From contig JAWLHJ010000005.1 in NCBI GenBank assembly GCA_041690395.1, positions 512,001 to 576,000 of the forward strand: 64,000 nucleotides of DNA. The letters run 5' to 3'. The notes under the pieces are model-generated. The model saw only the letters and a list, made by a program, of their open reading frames with translations. It ran no database searches and was not told the origin of the DNA. Each line of letters opens with the position of its first letter. The stretch's first letter is position 1. Shown here piece by piece: positions 28,367 through 36,620 of the stretch. A program made the position numbers and the translations under genes. The DNA comes from Longimicrobiales bacterium. Lineage in GTDB: Bacteria > Gemmatimonadota > Gemmatimonadetes > Longimicrobiales > Gaopeijiaceae.

Positions 28367-29569
28367 ATGGATTTCTCCCGCCAGGAGCTGTACCGCTACG
28401 CGCGCCACTTCTCGCTCCCGGAGGTCGGACTTGAAGGGCAGGGTAGGCTGAAGCGGGGCCGCGTGCTCTGCGTCGGAGCCGGAGGCCTCGGCTCCCCGCT
28501 CTCGCTCTATCTGGCCGCGGCCGGCGTGGGCACCCTCGGCATCGTCGACTTCGACACGGTCGACGAAAGCAACCTCCAGCGGCAGATCCTCCACGGGACC
28601 TCGGATGTCGGGCGCTCGAAGCTCGACAGCGCCGCGGACAGGCTGCGCGACGTGAACCCCCACGTGACCGTCGAGCGGCACGAGACCCGGCTGACCTCCG
28701 AGAACGCCCTGGACATCCTCGCCGACTACGACGTGGTCGTGGACGGCACGGACAACTTCCCGACCCGGTATCTCGTCAACGACGCGTGCGTGCTGCTCGG
28801 GAAGCCCAACGTGTACGGGTCGATCTTCCGGTGGGAGGGTCAGGTCTCGGTCTTCGCGGCCGAAGACGGGCCTTGCTACCGGTGCCTCTTCCGCGAGCCT
28901 CCTCCGCCCGGACTCGTTCCGAACTGCGCAGAGGGCGGAGTGCTCGGCGTGCTCCCGGGGATCATCGGCAGCATGCAGGCGATGGAGACCGTGAAGCTCC
29001 TTCTCGGCGTCGGCCGACCCCTGATCGGGCGGCTGCTCATCTTCGACGGGCTCGACATGAGCTGGCGCGAGGTGGCTCTCCGGCGGAACCCCGATTGCCC
29101 GGTCTGCGGCGACGAGCCGACCCAGACCGAGCTGATCGACTACGAGGTGTTCTGCGGGGTGGCGCCGACCGGTGTGGGGGGCGACTCGGGCGCGGGGGCC
29201 GGCGCCGGTGGCTCGGCCGCCGGCTCGGTGACGACGGCGTCGGCCGTGGCCTCCGTCGACGTGCCCACGCTCGCCGCCCGCCTGGCCGGCGACGACCCAC
29301 CCTTCCTGCTCGACGTGCGCGAGTCCTGGGAGTGGGCCGTCGGCAACCTCGGCGGACGGGGCGCGCGGCTCGTGCCGCTCGCGGAGCTCGAGGATCGGCT
29401 CGCCGAGCTGCCCCGCGACCGGCCCATCGTGGTCTACTGCAAGTCCGGACAGCGGAGCGCCACGGCCGCCCGGCTCCTCGCGGGCCGGGGCTTCCCTTCG
29501 GTGGCGAATCTCGACGGAGGGATCGCCGCCTGGGCTCGTCAGATCGAGCCGGAGCTCATGGTTCCATGA
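28367..29569 (+). CDS. moeB: MoeB/MoeZ adenylyltransferase with C-terminal rhodanese
   Basis: RYARH, VGAGGLG, SNLQRQ, DGTDNF, CYRC...CPVC and rhodanese YCKSGQRS motifs. Confidence 0.9.
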   Translation: MDFSRQELYRYARHFSLPEVGLEGQGRLKRGRVLCVGAGGLGSPLSLYLAAAGVGTLGIVDFDTVDESNLQRQILHGTSDVGRSKLDSAADRLRDVNPHVTVERHETRLTSENALDILADYDVVVDGTDNFPTRYLVNDACVLLGKPNVYGSIFRWEGQVSVFAAEDGPCYRCLFREPPPPGLVPNCAEGGVLGVLPGIIGSMQAMETVKLLLGVGRPLIGRLLIFDGLDMSWREVALRRNPDCPVCGDEPTQTELIDYEVFCGVAPTGVGGDSGAGAGAGGSAAGSVTTASAVASVDVPTLAARLAGDDPPFLLDVRESWEWAVGNLGGRGARLVPLAELEDRLAELPRDRPIVVYCKSGQRSATAARLLAGRGFPSVANLDGGIAAWARQIEPELMVP

Positions 29570-30870
29570 GCGTCGAGCCGGCGGTCCGCCCGAGAGTCCT
29601 CGTCGTCGGCGCCGGCTTCGGAGGGCTCTGGTGTGCCCGCACCCTCGCCAACGAGGCCGTCGACGTGACGCTGGTCGATCGGCGCAACTACCACACCTTC
29701 TTTCCGCTCCTCTATCAGGTGGCTGCGGCGGAGCTGGTGCCGACCGACATCGCCTATCCGGTCCGCTCCATCTTCCGCAAGGCGCGGAACGTGGACGTGC
29801 GCATGGCCGAGGTCCTGGACCTCGATCCGGAGGCGCGCAAGGTGCGCACCTCCGAGGGCACCCTCGAATACGACTTCCTCGTGTTGGCGCTCGGGAGCGA
29901 GTCGAACTTCTTCGGGGTCGAGGGGGCCGACCGTCACGCTTTCCCTCTCCGCTGGATGGACGACGCGATCCCGCTCCGGCATCACATCCTCACCCGCTTC
30001 GAGGCCGCGCGCTCGCGCTCCGATGAGGGTCGCCGGCGAGCGCTGACCTTCGTGGTCGTCGGGGGTGGCCCGACCGGAGTCGAGTATGCCGGCGCGCTGT
30101 CCGAGCTCGTGCACGGTCCGCTGGTTCGGGACTTCCCGGATATCGACGCGGACGAGGTGCGTATCGTGCTCGTCGAAGCCGGGGAGCGGATCCTGGCCGG
30201 GATGCCGGAAGAGCTCGGGCGTTACGCGCTCGAGCGGTTGAGGCGTCGCAGGGTCGAGGTGCTCTTCGGTAAGGCGGTCGAAGCGGTCGGGCCGAGCGAC
30301 GTGCGACTCGGCGACGGTTCCAGCCTCGCGTCGGAGACCGTGGTATGGACGGCCGGCGTCAAAGGTGATCCGCGGGTAGCGAGCTGGGGCTTGCCCGTGA
30401 GCCGCGGTGGTCGGGTGCCCATCACCGACCACCTGAACCTCCGGGGCCGCCCCGAGGTGTTCGTGGTCGGCGACCTGGCGCTGCTCGAGGAGGACGGCGA
30501 GCCGCTCCCCCAGGTCGCCCAGGTCGCGATCCAGCAGGGGCGGCACGCCGCCACCAACATTCTGCGAACGGCGCGGGGCGCGAGCCTCCAACCGTTCCGG
30601 TACAAGGACCTCGGCATGCTCGCCGTCATCGGCCGCAACGCGGCGGTCGCTCACGTGGGCGGGCGCGCGTTCCGGGGCTTCGTCGCCTGGTGGCTCTGGC
30701 TCGGCATCCATGTCACGTGGCTCATCGGCTTCCGAAATCGCGCCCTCGTGCTGGTGAACTGGGCATGGAACTACATCTCGTTCCGGAAGGCCGTGCGCCT
30801 GATTCTGCCGACCGTCACGCCGAGGCGGGACGAGGAGCAGGAGACGCCCGGCTCAGGAGGATCCACGTGA
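29566..30870 (+). CDS. ndh: Type II NADH dehydrogenase
   Basis: VGAGFGG, PLLYQVA, second Rossmann VGGGPTGVEYAG, WTAG and the AQVAIQQG quinone-site motif. Confidence 0.9.
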   Translation: MSVEPAVRPRVLVVGAGFGGLWCARTLANEAVDVTLVDRRNYHTFFPLLYQVAAAELVPTDIAYPVRSIFRKARNVDVRMAEVLDLDPEARKVRTSEGTLEYDFLVLALGSESNFFGVEGADRHAFPLRWMDDAIPLRHHILTRFEAARSRSDEGRRRALTFVVVGGGPTGVEYAGALSELVHGPLVRDFPDIDADEVRIVLVEAGERILAGMPEELGRYALERLRRRRVEVLFGKAVEAVGPSDVRLGDGSSLASETVVWTAGVKGDPRVASWGLPVSRGGRVPITDHLNLRGRPEVFVVGDLALLEEDGEPLPQVAQVAIQQGRHAATNILRTARGASLQPFRYKDLGMLAVIGRNAAVAHVGGRAFRGFVAWWLWLGIHVTWLIGFRNRALVLVNWAWNYISFRKAVRLILPTVTPRRDEEQETPGSGGST

Positions 30871-33800
30871 GGCGCATGTTCGCTCTGTTCGTCGTTCTGT
30901 CGGCCATGCCCGCGGCCGGGGCGGCCGGGCAGGAGGACTGCCGCGACCGCTCGGGTCCCGAGGCCGAAGCCGGCTGGGCGGCGTATGCCGGTGGCGACAT
31001 CGCGGCGGCCGGAGCGCGCTTCGGAGCCGCGCTCGAGCTGTGTGCGGGCGACCACTACGCGCGCACGGGTCTCGGATACGTGGCGCTCCGGCAGGACGAC
31101 ATGGAGGAGGCGGACCGGCTCTGGCGGATCGTGACGGCCGCGGAGCCTGACAACGTCGACGCCTGGACCGGGCTGGGACTCGTCGCCTGGCGACGGGCGG
31201 ATCTGCCGGCGGCCGAGGATGCGTTCGAGCGTGTGGCCCGCGTCGATCCGGGCAACGCGACCGCGGTCGACTACCTGGAGCGTATCCGCGGCCCGGCGCT
31301 GGGTCCTGCGCCCGAGCGGCCGCCACTCGAACTGCCGGACAGCTTGCGGTACCCGTCGCGCACCGCCGGCGATCGCTTCGAGGTCAGGACACCGGACGGC
31401 TGGACCCCCTTCTACATCAAGGGGGTGAACCTCGGAGCCGCACTACCGGGCCGGTTTCCGAGCGAGTTCCCGGATTCCGCGGTGTACGCGCGGTGGGTCG
31501 AGCGCATGGCCACGATGAACGCGAACGCGGTCCGCGTCTATACGATCCATCCGCCGGGGTTCTACGAGGCGCTCCTGGACTGGAATGTCGCCAACCCGGA
31601 CCGGGCGCTGTGGCTCATCCACGGGGCGTGGGCCGGGATACCGCCGGACGGCGACTTCGCCGCCGAGCCCTACGAGTCGGACTTCTTCGCCGAGATGCGC
31701 CGCGTCGTCGACGTGCTCCACGGGCGCGCCAGCCTCGAGTACCGGCCGGGCAACGCGTGGGGGCACTACACCGCCGACGTGTCGCGCTGGACGCTCGCGT
31801 ACATCCTGGGCCGGGAATGGGAGCCGCACAGCGCCCTGGCCTTCGACTCCATTCGGGGCGGGGAGAGCGGCTTCGACGGGCGGTACGTCCGGGTGGACGG
31901 CGGGAACGCCCTGGACGCATGGATGGCGGAGGCGGTCGAGGAGATCGTCGCCTACGAGACCGAGACCTACCGGGCGCAGCGGCCCGTCGCCTACACCAAC
32001 TGGCCGACGTTGGACCCGCTCGACCACCCCTCCGAGACGACCGCGGACGAGGAGATGGCGATCCGGCGCGCGCTCGGCGAGAATCCCCCCGTTCGCCCCC
32101 GTGAGTACGAGAACGACGCGATCGCGCTCGACGCGTCGCTGGTGAGTGTGACGGACCGGTTCCCGGCCGGCTACTTCGCGTCCTACCATGCGTATCCGTA
32201 CTACCCGGACTTCATGATCCTGTCCGAGCGGTATGCGTCGGCGTCCTCGACCATGGGTCCGTCCCGCTACATCGGCTACCTGCGTGAGCTCAAGGCCCAC
32301 CACCCCGACATGCCGGTCGTCATCTCGGAGTACGGCGTTCCGGCGTCGCTCGGGAACGCGCACCTGCAGCCGCAGGGCTGGCATCACGGCGGCCTCACCG
32401 AGGACGAGATGGCCCGCGTGAACCAGCGTCTCACGCTCGAGCTGGCTGAGGCCGGTATGGCGGGCGGCGCCCTGTTCGCATGGATCGACGAGTGGTTCAA
32501 GCAGAACTGGGTCGCCCTCGAGTTCGAGCTGCCGGCCGAACGGAATCGGCTCTGGTACAACCGGCTGGACGCGGAGCAGCACTACGGCATGTGGGCCGTC
32601 GAGGCCCGACCGCCCTTCGCGGGCGAGACGCTCGAGGAGCGTGTCGCCGAATGGCGCCAGGAGCCTGCGCTCTACGAGACCCCGCAGCTCACGGTCCGGG
32701 CGGCCCATGACGCCGCGTATCTCTGGCTGTCCGTCGAGGTGCCCCGGGCGCTTGCCGCGGATACCGTGCTGGTCGGATTCGACGTCGTGCGGCCCGAGGC
32801 CGGGGATTTCCGGTGGCCTGGCCGGGTGGGCGAGCGCCTTCCGGTGGGTCTCGAGTTCGTGCTGAGGGCCACGGGGGACGAGGTTCGGGTGATGGCCGAT
32901 CCGCCGTCGAACCCGTTCCGCCTGGTCGAGGTCGGGGAGGGGGCCACCGGTCTCGCCGGTCGGCGCGTAGCCTTCGAGAACGCCCCGGACGGCCTCTTCC
33001 ACACTCGGGTCGAACAGCGCTTCAACCTCCCCTACTACACCGAGCCCAACGACGACGGCCGCTACGATTCACTCCGGGTGGTCGTGAACCGCCGGAGGTT
33101 CGCGAGCGACTCCACCGAGTACCTGGCCGCCGGCTACGACCGGGGCGTGCTGCCTGCCGGGCGAGCCCCGGACGGCTTCTGGGAGCGGACCGCGGACGGT
33201 CGCATGCTGGAGGTACGGATCCCCTGGCTGCTGATCAACGTGACCGACCCGTCGAGCCGCACCGTGCTCCAGGGCCCGGGCGCGGCGAACGCACGGGACG
33301 CGGAGCGTGGACCGGACGGACGCTGGAGGCTCCGCGATGGCGTCCGCGCCTGGCCGGACTCGGTGTTCGGCGCCTTCGGGACCGAGCAGGTCGAGGATAT
33401 CGGGATCGTGGCCTCGGTGCGGGGGCCGGCGGGTGCCGTGATGCTCCCAACCTCCGGGCGCCCGGTGGCCCGCTTCGCCTGGTCGACGTGGGAGGAGCCC
33501 GAGTGGGTCGAGCGCCCACGGGTCGCCTACGACGTCATGGCCGATCTGTTCGCGGAGCTCCAGCCGTACGGCACCGGTCCGTTGATCCAGCCCGGTGGGC
33601 CGACCCGTCCTCCGGGTGGGGCGGGGGCTGGGGCGTCTCCATCGGGCGACGCGGCCGGACCCACCCCCGGTGCCACGCCAATGGACACGCTGCGCGAGGC
33701 TGCCGCCCGGGCCTGGGAGGCGGGAGAGACGGACGAGGCGATGCGCCTCTACGAGCAGCTGTTGCTGGACGCGCCGTCGGACCCGCTCGCGCTCCACCGG

Positions 33801-35408
33801 ACTGCGCTCATGCTCGCCTGGGACGAGCGGTACGAGGCCTCGCTGGCCCGTTTCGACCGGTTGATCGGCGACGCCCCCGATCATCTGGGGGCGAGGGTGG
33901 ACCGGGCGCGTGTCCTGGCCTGGTCCGGAGACGTGCCCGCCGCGCTCGCGGCGCTGGACGCCGTCCTCGAGCGTGAACCGGGTCACGCGCCCGCGCTCGA
34001 GGCCCGCGCCCTCTTCCAGGCATGGGAGGGTCGGTACGACGAGTCCCTGGCCGCCTACGACGACCTTCTCTCGATCGCTCCGGACAACGTCGATGCCCGC
34101 CGGCAACAGGCCCAGGTTCTGACGTGGGCGTCGGATTTCGGCGCGTCGATCGCGGTGTACGACTCGATCCTGGCCCGGGAACCGGACGATCTCGAGGCTC
34201 GGCGGGCCCGGGCCCGGGCGCTCGCCTTCTCGGACCGCCTCGACGAGGCGGTTGCCGAGTACGGGCGGGTCCTGGAGCGCGCGCCGGGCGACCCGGAGGC
34301 GCTCGTGGGGCTCGGTCGGACCCTCGGGTGGGCCGGTCGGCTCGTCGAGGGGGAGGAGACCCTGCGGACCGCCGCGCGCGGGGAGGGCGGGGCGGACGCC
34401 TGGGTCGCGCTCGGCCAGAACCTCCGGTGGCAGGGACGCAACGCCTCCGCGCTCGCCGCCCTGGAGGCGGCCGTGGAGGCCGACCCCACGCACGGTGAGG
34501 CGAGGGAGCAACTCCGGTCCATGCGCTCGGCGATGTCCCCGTCGGCGTGGCCGAGCGTGGCGTTCGAGTCCGACTCCGACGACAACCGGATGCGGACCGT
34601 GTCTGTCGGCGCCAGCTGGCACGCGACACCGCGTCTCCGGATCCGGTCCGACGTGTACGAGAAGACGCTCGACCAGAATCCCCTGTCACGGTCCGCGTTC
34701 GGCGTGACCCTCTCGGGTGCCTACGTGCTCGAGCCGGGGTGGACGGTGTCGGCGGGGCTCGGTGGCACGCGGGTGGACGGGGCGGGGGCGTCGACGGAGC
34801 TCTCCGCTCAGGCCGCCCTCGCCACGCCCGGCCGGCACCCCTACGGCGCGACGCTCCAGATCGGTACCAGCCAGCTCGACGCGACCGCCGCGCTGGCCGC
34901 GGCCGGAGTCCGCATGTCGGAGGCCTCGCTCTCCATGCGCTGGCGTCCTTCGGCGGACTGGCGTCTCGACGGATCGGTCGGCCACGCGCGCTTCGAGGGC
35001 TCCGAGTCGAACACGCGCACGAACGGATCGGTGTCCGCGGCCCGGACGCTGCCGCGCGGGTTCGCCATGGGCGTAGCCGGACGTGCGTTCACGTTCGAGA
35101 AGGACCTCGGCGACGGCTACTTCGACCCGGATTTCTACGGCATCCTGGAGCTGACCGGCCGCTGGCAGACGGACCTCGGAGCCTGGAACCTGCTCCTCGA
35201 GGGCGCTCCCGGAGTGCAGAAGGTGACCAGCGACGGCGATCCGGCCGGGACCATGCGGGCTTCGGCGCGCATCGGGTATGCCGTGGCGTCCGGCCGGGAG
35301 ATCGCCCTGTCCGGCGGGTACTCCTCGACCGGTCTGCAGAGCTTCTCGACGGGCTCGTCCGACTACCGCTACTCGGCTGTGATCCTCTCGGTCGGATGGC
35401 GCTTCTGA
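30867..35408 (+). CDS. Secreted TPR / clan GH-A-like glycoside hydrolase / TPR / outer-membrane beta-barrel fusion
   Basis: Signal peptide; ~3 TPRs; TIM-barrel motifs IKGVNLG, NAVRVYT, LGREWEP, YHAYPYYP, VISEYGVP, LFAWIDEWFK; Pro/Gly linker; ~9 TPRs; barrel with GYFDP and a terminal VGWRF; GTG overlaps the ndh stop. Confidence 0.75.
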   Translation: MRRMFALFVVLSAMPAAGAAGQEDCRDRSGPEAEAGWAAYAGGDIAAAGARFGAALELCAGDHYARTGLGYVALRQDDMEEADRLWRIVTAAEPDNVDAWTGLGLVAWRRADLPAAEDAFERVARVDPGNATAVDYLERIRGPALGPAPERPPLELPDSLRYPSRTAGDRFEVRTPDGWTPFYIKGVNLGAALPGRFPSEFPDSAVYARWVERMATMNANAVRVYTIHPPGFYEALLDWNVANPDRALWLIHGAWAGIPPDGDFAAEPYESDFFAEMRRVVDVLHGRASLEYRPGNAWGHYTADVSRWTLAYILGREWEPHSALAFDSIRGGESGFDGRYVRVDGGNALDAWMAEAVEEIVAYETETYRAQRPVAYTNWPTLDPLDHPSETTADEEMAIRRALGENPPVRPREYENDAIALDASLVSVTDRFPAGYFASYHAYPYYPDFMILSERYASASSTMGPSRYIGYLRELKAHHPDMPVVISEYGVPASLGNAHLQPQGWHHGGLTEDEMARVNQRLTLELAEAGMAGGALFAWIDEWFKQNWVALEFELPAERNRLWYNRLDAEQHYGMWAVEARPPFAGETLEERVAEWRQEPALYETPQLTVRAAHDAAYLWLSVEVPRALAADTVLVGFDVVRPEAGDFRWPGRVGERLPVGLEFVLRATGDEVRVMADPPSNPFRLVEVGEGATGLAGRRVAFENAPDGLFHTRVEQRFNLPYYTEPNDDGRYDSLRVVVNRRRFASDSTEYLAAGYDRGVLPAGRAPDGFWERTADGRMLEVRIPWLLINVTDPSSRTVLQGPGAANARDAERGPDGRWRLRDGVRAWPDSVFGAFGTEQVEDIGIVASVRGPAGAVMLPTSGRPVARFAWSTWEEPEWVERPRVAYDVMADLFAELQPYGTGPLIQPGGPTRPPGGAGAGASPSGDAAGPTPGATPMDTLREAAARAWEAGETDEAMRLYEQLLLDAPSDPLALHRTALMLAWDERYEASLARFDRLIGDAPDHLGARVDRARVLAWSGDVPAALAALDAVLEREPGHAPALEARALFQAWEGRYDESLAAYDDLLSIAPDNVDARRQQAQVLTWASDFGASIAVYDSILAREPDDLEARRARARALAFSDRLDEAVAEYGRVLERAPGDPEALVGLGRTLGWAGRLVEGEETLRTAARGEGGADAWVALGQNLRWQGRNASALAALEAAVEADPTHGEAREQLRSMRSAMSPSAWPSVAFESDSDDNRMRTVSVGASWHATPRLRIRSDVYEKTLDQNPLSRSAFGVTLSGAYVLEPGWTVSAGLGGTRVDGAGASTELSAQAALATPGRHPYGATLQIGTSQLDATAALAAAGVRMSEASLSMRWRPSADWRLDGSVGHARFEGSESNTRTNGSVSAARTLPRGFAMGVAGRAFTFEKDLGDGYFDPDFYGILELTGRWQTDLGAWNLLLEGAPGVQKVTSDGDPAGTMRASARIGYAVASGREIALSGGYSSTGLQSFSTGSSDYRYSAVILSVGWRF

Positions 35409-35502
35409 TTCGGATCGCGCGAACCGAAGATCCTTGCAGTTTGGCCGCAGTCGGTGACAGCTTTTTCGAGCCCCCCCCTTCATCCCAATCGAGGATTGGA
35501 AC

Positions 35503-36021
35503 ATGCGACGTTTGATGCTTGCCGCCGTGCTGGCGGGCTTCCTGGTTCCTGCCGCGGCCGAGGCTCAGCTTCCGCGGATCATGGCCGGCGGGGGACTGAG
35601 CACACCGACCGGCGATTTCAACGATGTGGCCGAGGTGGGCTACCACGGCCGTCTGGGCCTCCAGATGGGCGCGCCCGCCTTCCCGCTCGCCGGCCGCCTG
35701 GAGGGTGAGTACCACTCGTTCGGCCAGACCACCGGGCTTCCGAAGTACAAGGTGCTCAACGGTACGCTGAGCGCGGTGCTCGAGCTTCAGGGGACGGGCA
35801 TCAGCCCGTACTTCCTCGCCGGTATCGGACGCTACCGTGTGGACGCGGACATCACCGGCCTCGAGTCGGATCCGGTGACCGAGACCGGCTTCCAGGGTGG
35901 TTTCGGCGTGAACATCGGGGCGCTCGGATTCGGCGGCTTCGCCGAGTTCCGGGTGATCCAGATCAACACCGAAGGCAGCAAGATCCGCTACTTCCCGGTG
36001 AGCGTGGGCTTCCGCCTGTGA
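35503..36021 (+). CDS. Small outer-membrane beta-barrel protein (OmpW/OmpA-TM-like)
   Basis: Signal peptide, alternating beta-strands, PYFLAGIG, C-terminal PVSVGFRL. Confidence 0.8.
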   Translation: MRRLMLAAVLAGFLVPAAAEAQLPRIMAGGGLSTPTGDFNDVAEVGYHGRLGLQMGAPAFPLAGRLEGEYHSFGQTTGLPKYKVLNGTLSAVLELQGTGISPYFLAGIGRYRVDADITGLESDPVTETGFQGGFGVNIGALGFGGFAEFRVIQINTEGSKIRYFPVSVGFRL

Positions 36022-36094
36022 GGTAGTCGTGCGCGACCGCCGTCGACCGTCGGCCCGTTCGTGGCGGCGGCCGGCGGGGGCCACGGGGACTCCC

Positions 36095-36135
36095 AAGGTC
36101 CGGTCGGAGATGGCTCCGGCCGGGCCTTTCTCGTT
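36095..36135 (+). terminator. Probable intrinsic terminator
   Basis: AAGGTCCGGTCGGAG / CTCCGGCCGGGCCTT stem (with G-U pairs) followed by TCTCGTT. Confidence 0.55.
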
Positions 36136-36190
36136 CCGGGCGCGGGTGACGCCTCCGGGGCGCGGCGCCCCTCGGCCCTCGCGGTGATGC

Positions 36191-36248
36191 TTGACGCAGC
36201 CGTCTCGCTGCACGATAGTGTCGCAATGACATTACTGTCTTTGTGACA
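36191..36248 (+). promoter_or_regulatory. Sigma70-like promoter with two TGTC-N5-GACA palindromes (candidate PadR operator)
   Basis: TTGACG (36191) - 17 bp - GATAGT (36214); TGTCGCAATGACA at 36219-36231 and TGTCTTTGTGACA at 36236-36248. Confidence 0.6.
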
Positions 36249-36266
36249 CCAGTGCGCGAGGCGCCC

Positions 36267-36620
36267 GTGACGACCCCCGACTCCGAGCACATCCACGCCT
36301 TCCTGCCTCTTCATCCCGAGGCGTTCCGGATCCTGACGGTCCTGCACGGTCAGGAGCTCCACGGATACGCCATCGTGAAGGAGCTCGAGCGCGATCCCGG
36401 GCGGCCCGGACCGGTCATGCCCGCGAACCTCTACCGACGGCTGCGGACCCTGCTCGCGGACGGGCTCCTGGAAGAGACCGAGGGACCCGCGGGCGAGGAG
36501 GTGGACGAGCGCCGCCGCTATTTCGCGGTGACGTCGCTCGGCCGGGCCGTGGCCCGTGCCGAGGCCGGGCGCATGGAGGGGCTCCTCCGGGAGGCGCGGG
36601 AGGCGTTCGGCGGTGGCTGA
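36267..36620 (+). CDS. PadR family transcriptional regulator
   Basis: FRILTVL...LHGYAIVKE...NLYRRLRTLLADGLL...RRRYFAVTSLG; start could be 36243 or 36267. Confidence 0.88.
   Translation: MTTPDSEHIHAFLPLHPEAFRILTVLHGQELHGYAIVKELERDPGRPGPVMPANLYRRLRTLLADGLLEETEGPAGEEVDERRRYFAVTSLGRAVARAEAGRMEGLLREAREAFGGG

Noticed and set aside
29566..30870. Sulfide:quinone reductase completing a Cst-like sulfide detoxification operon
   Set aside because: It has the NADH-binding second Rossmann motif and AQxAxQ of NDH-2, and lacks SQR catalytic cysteines.
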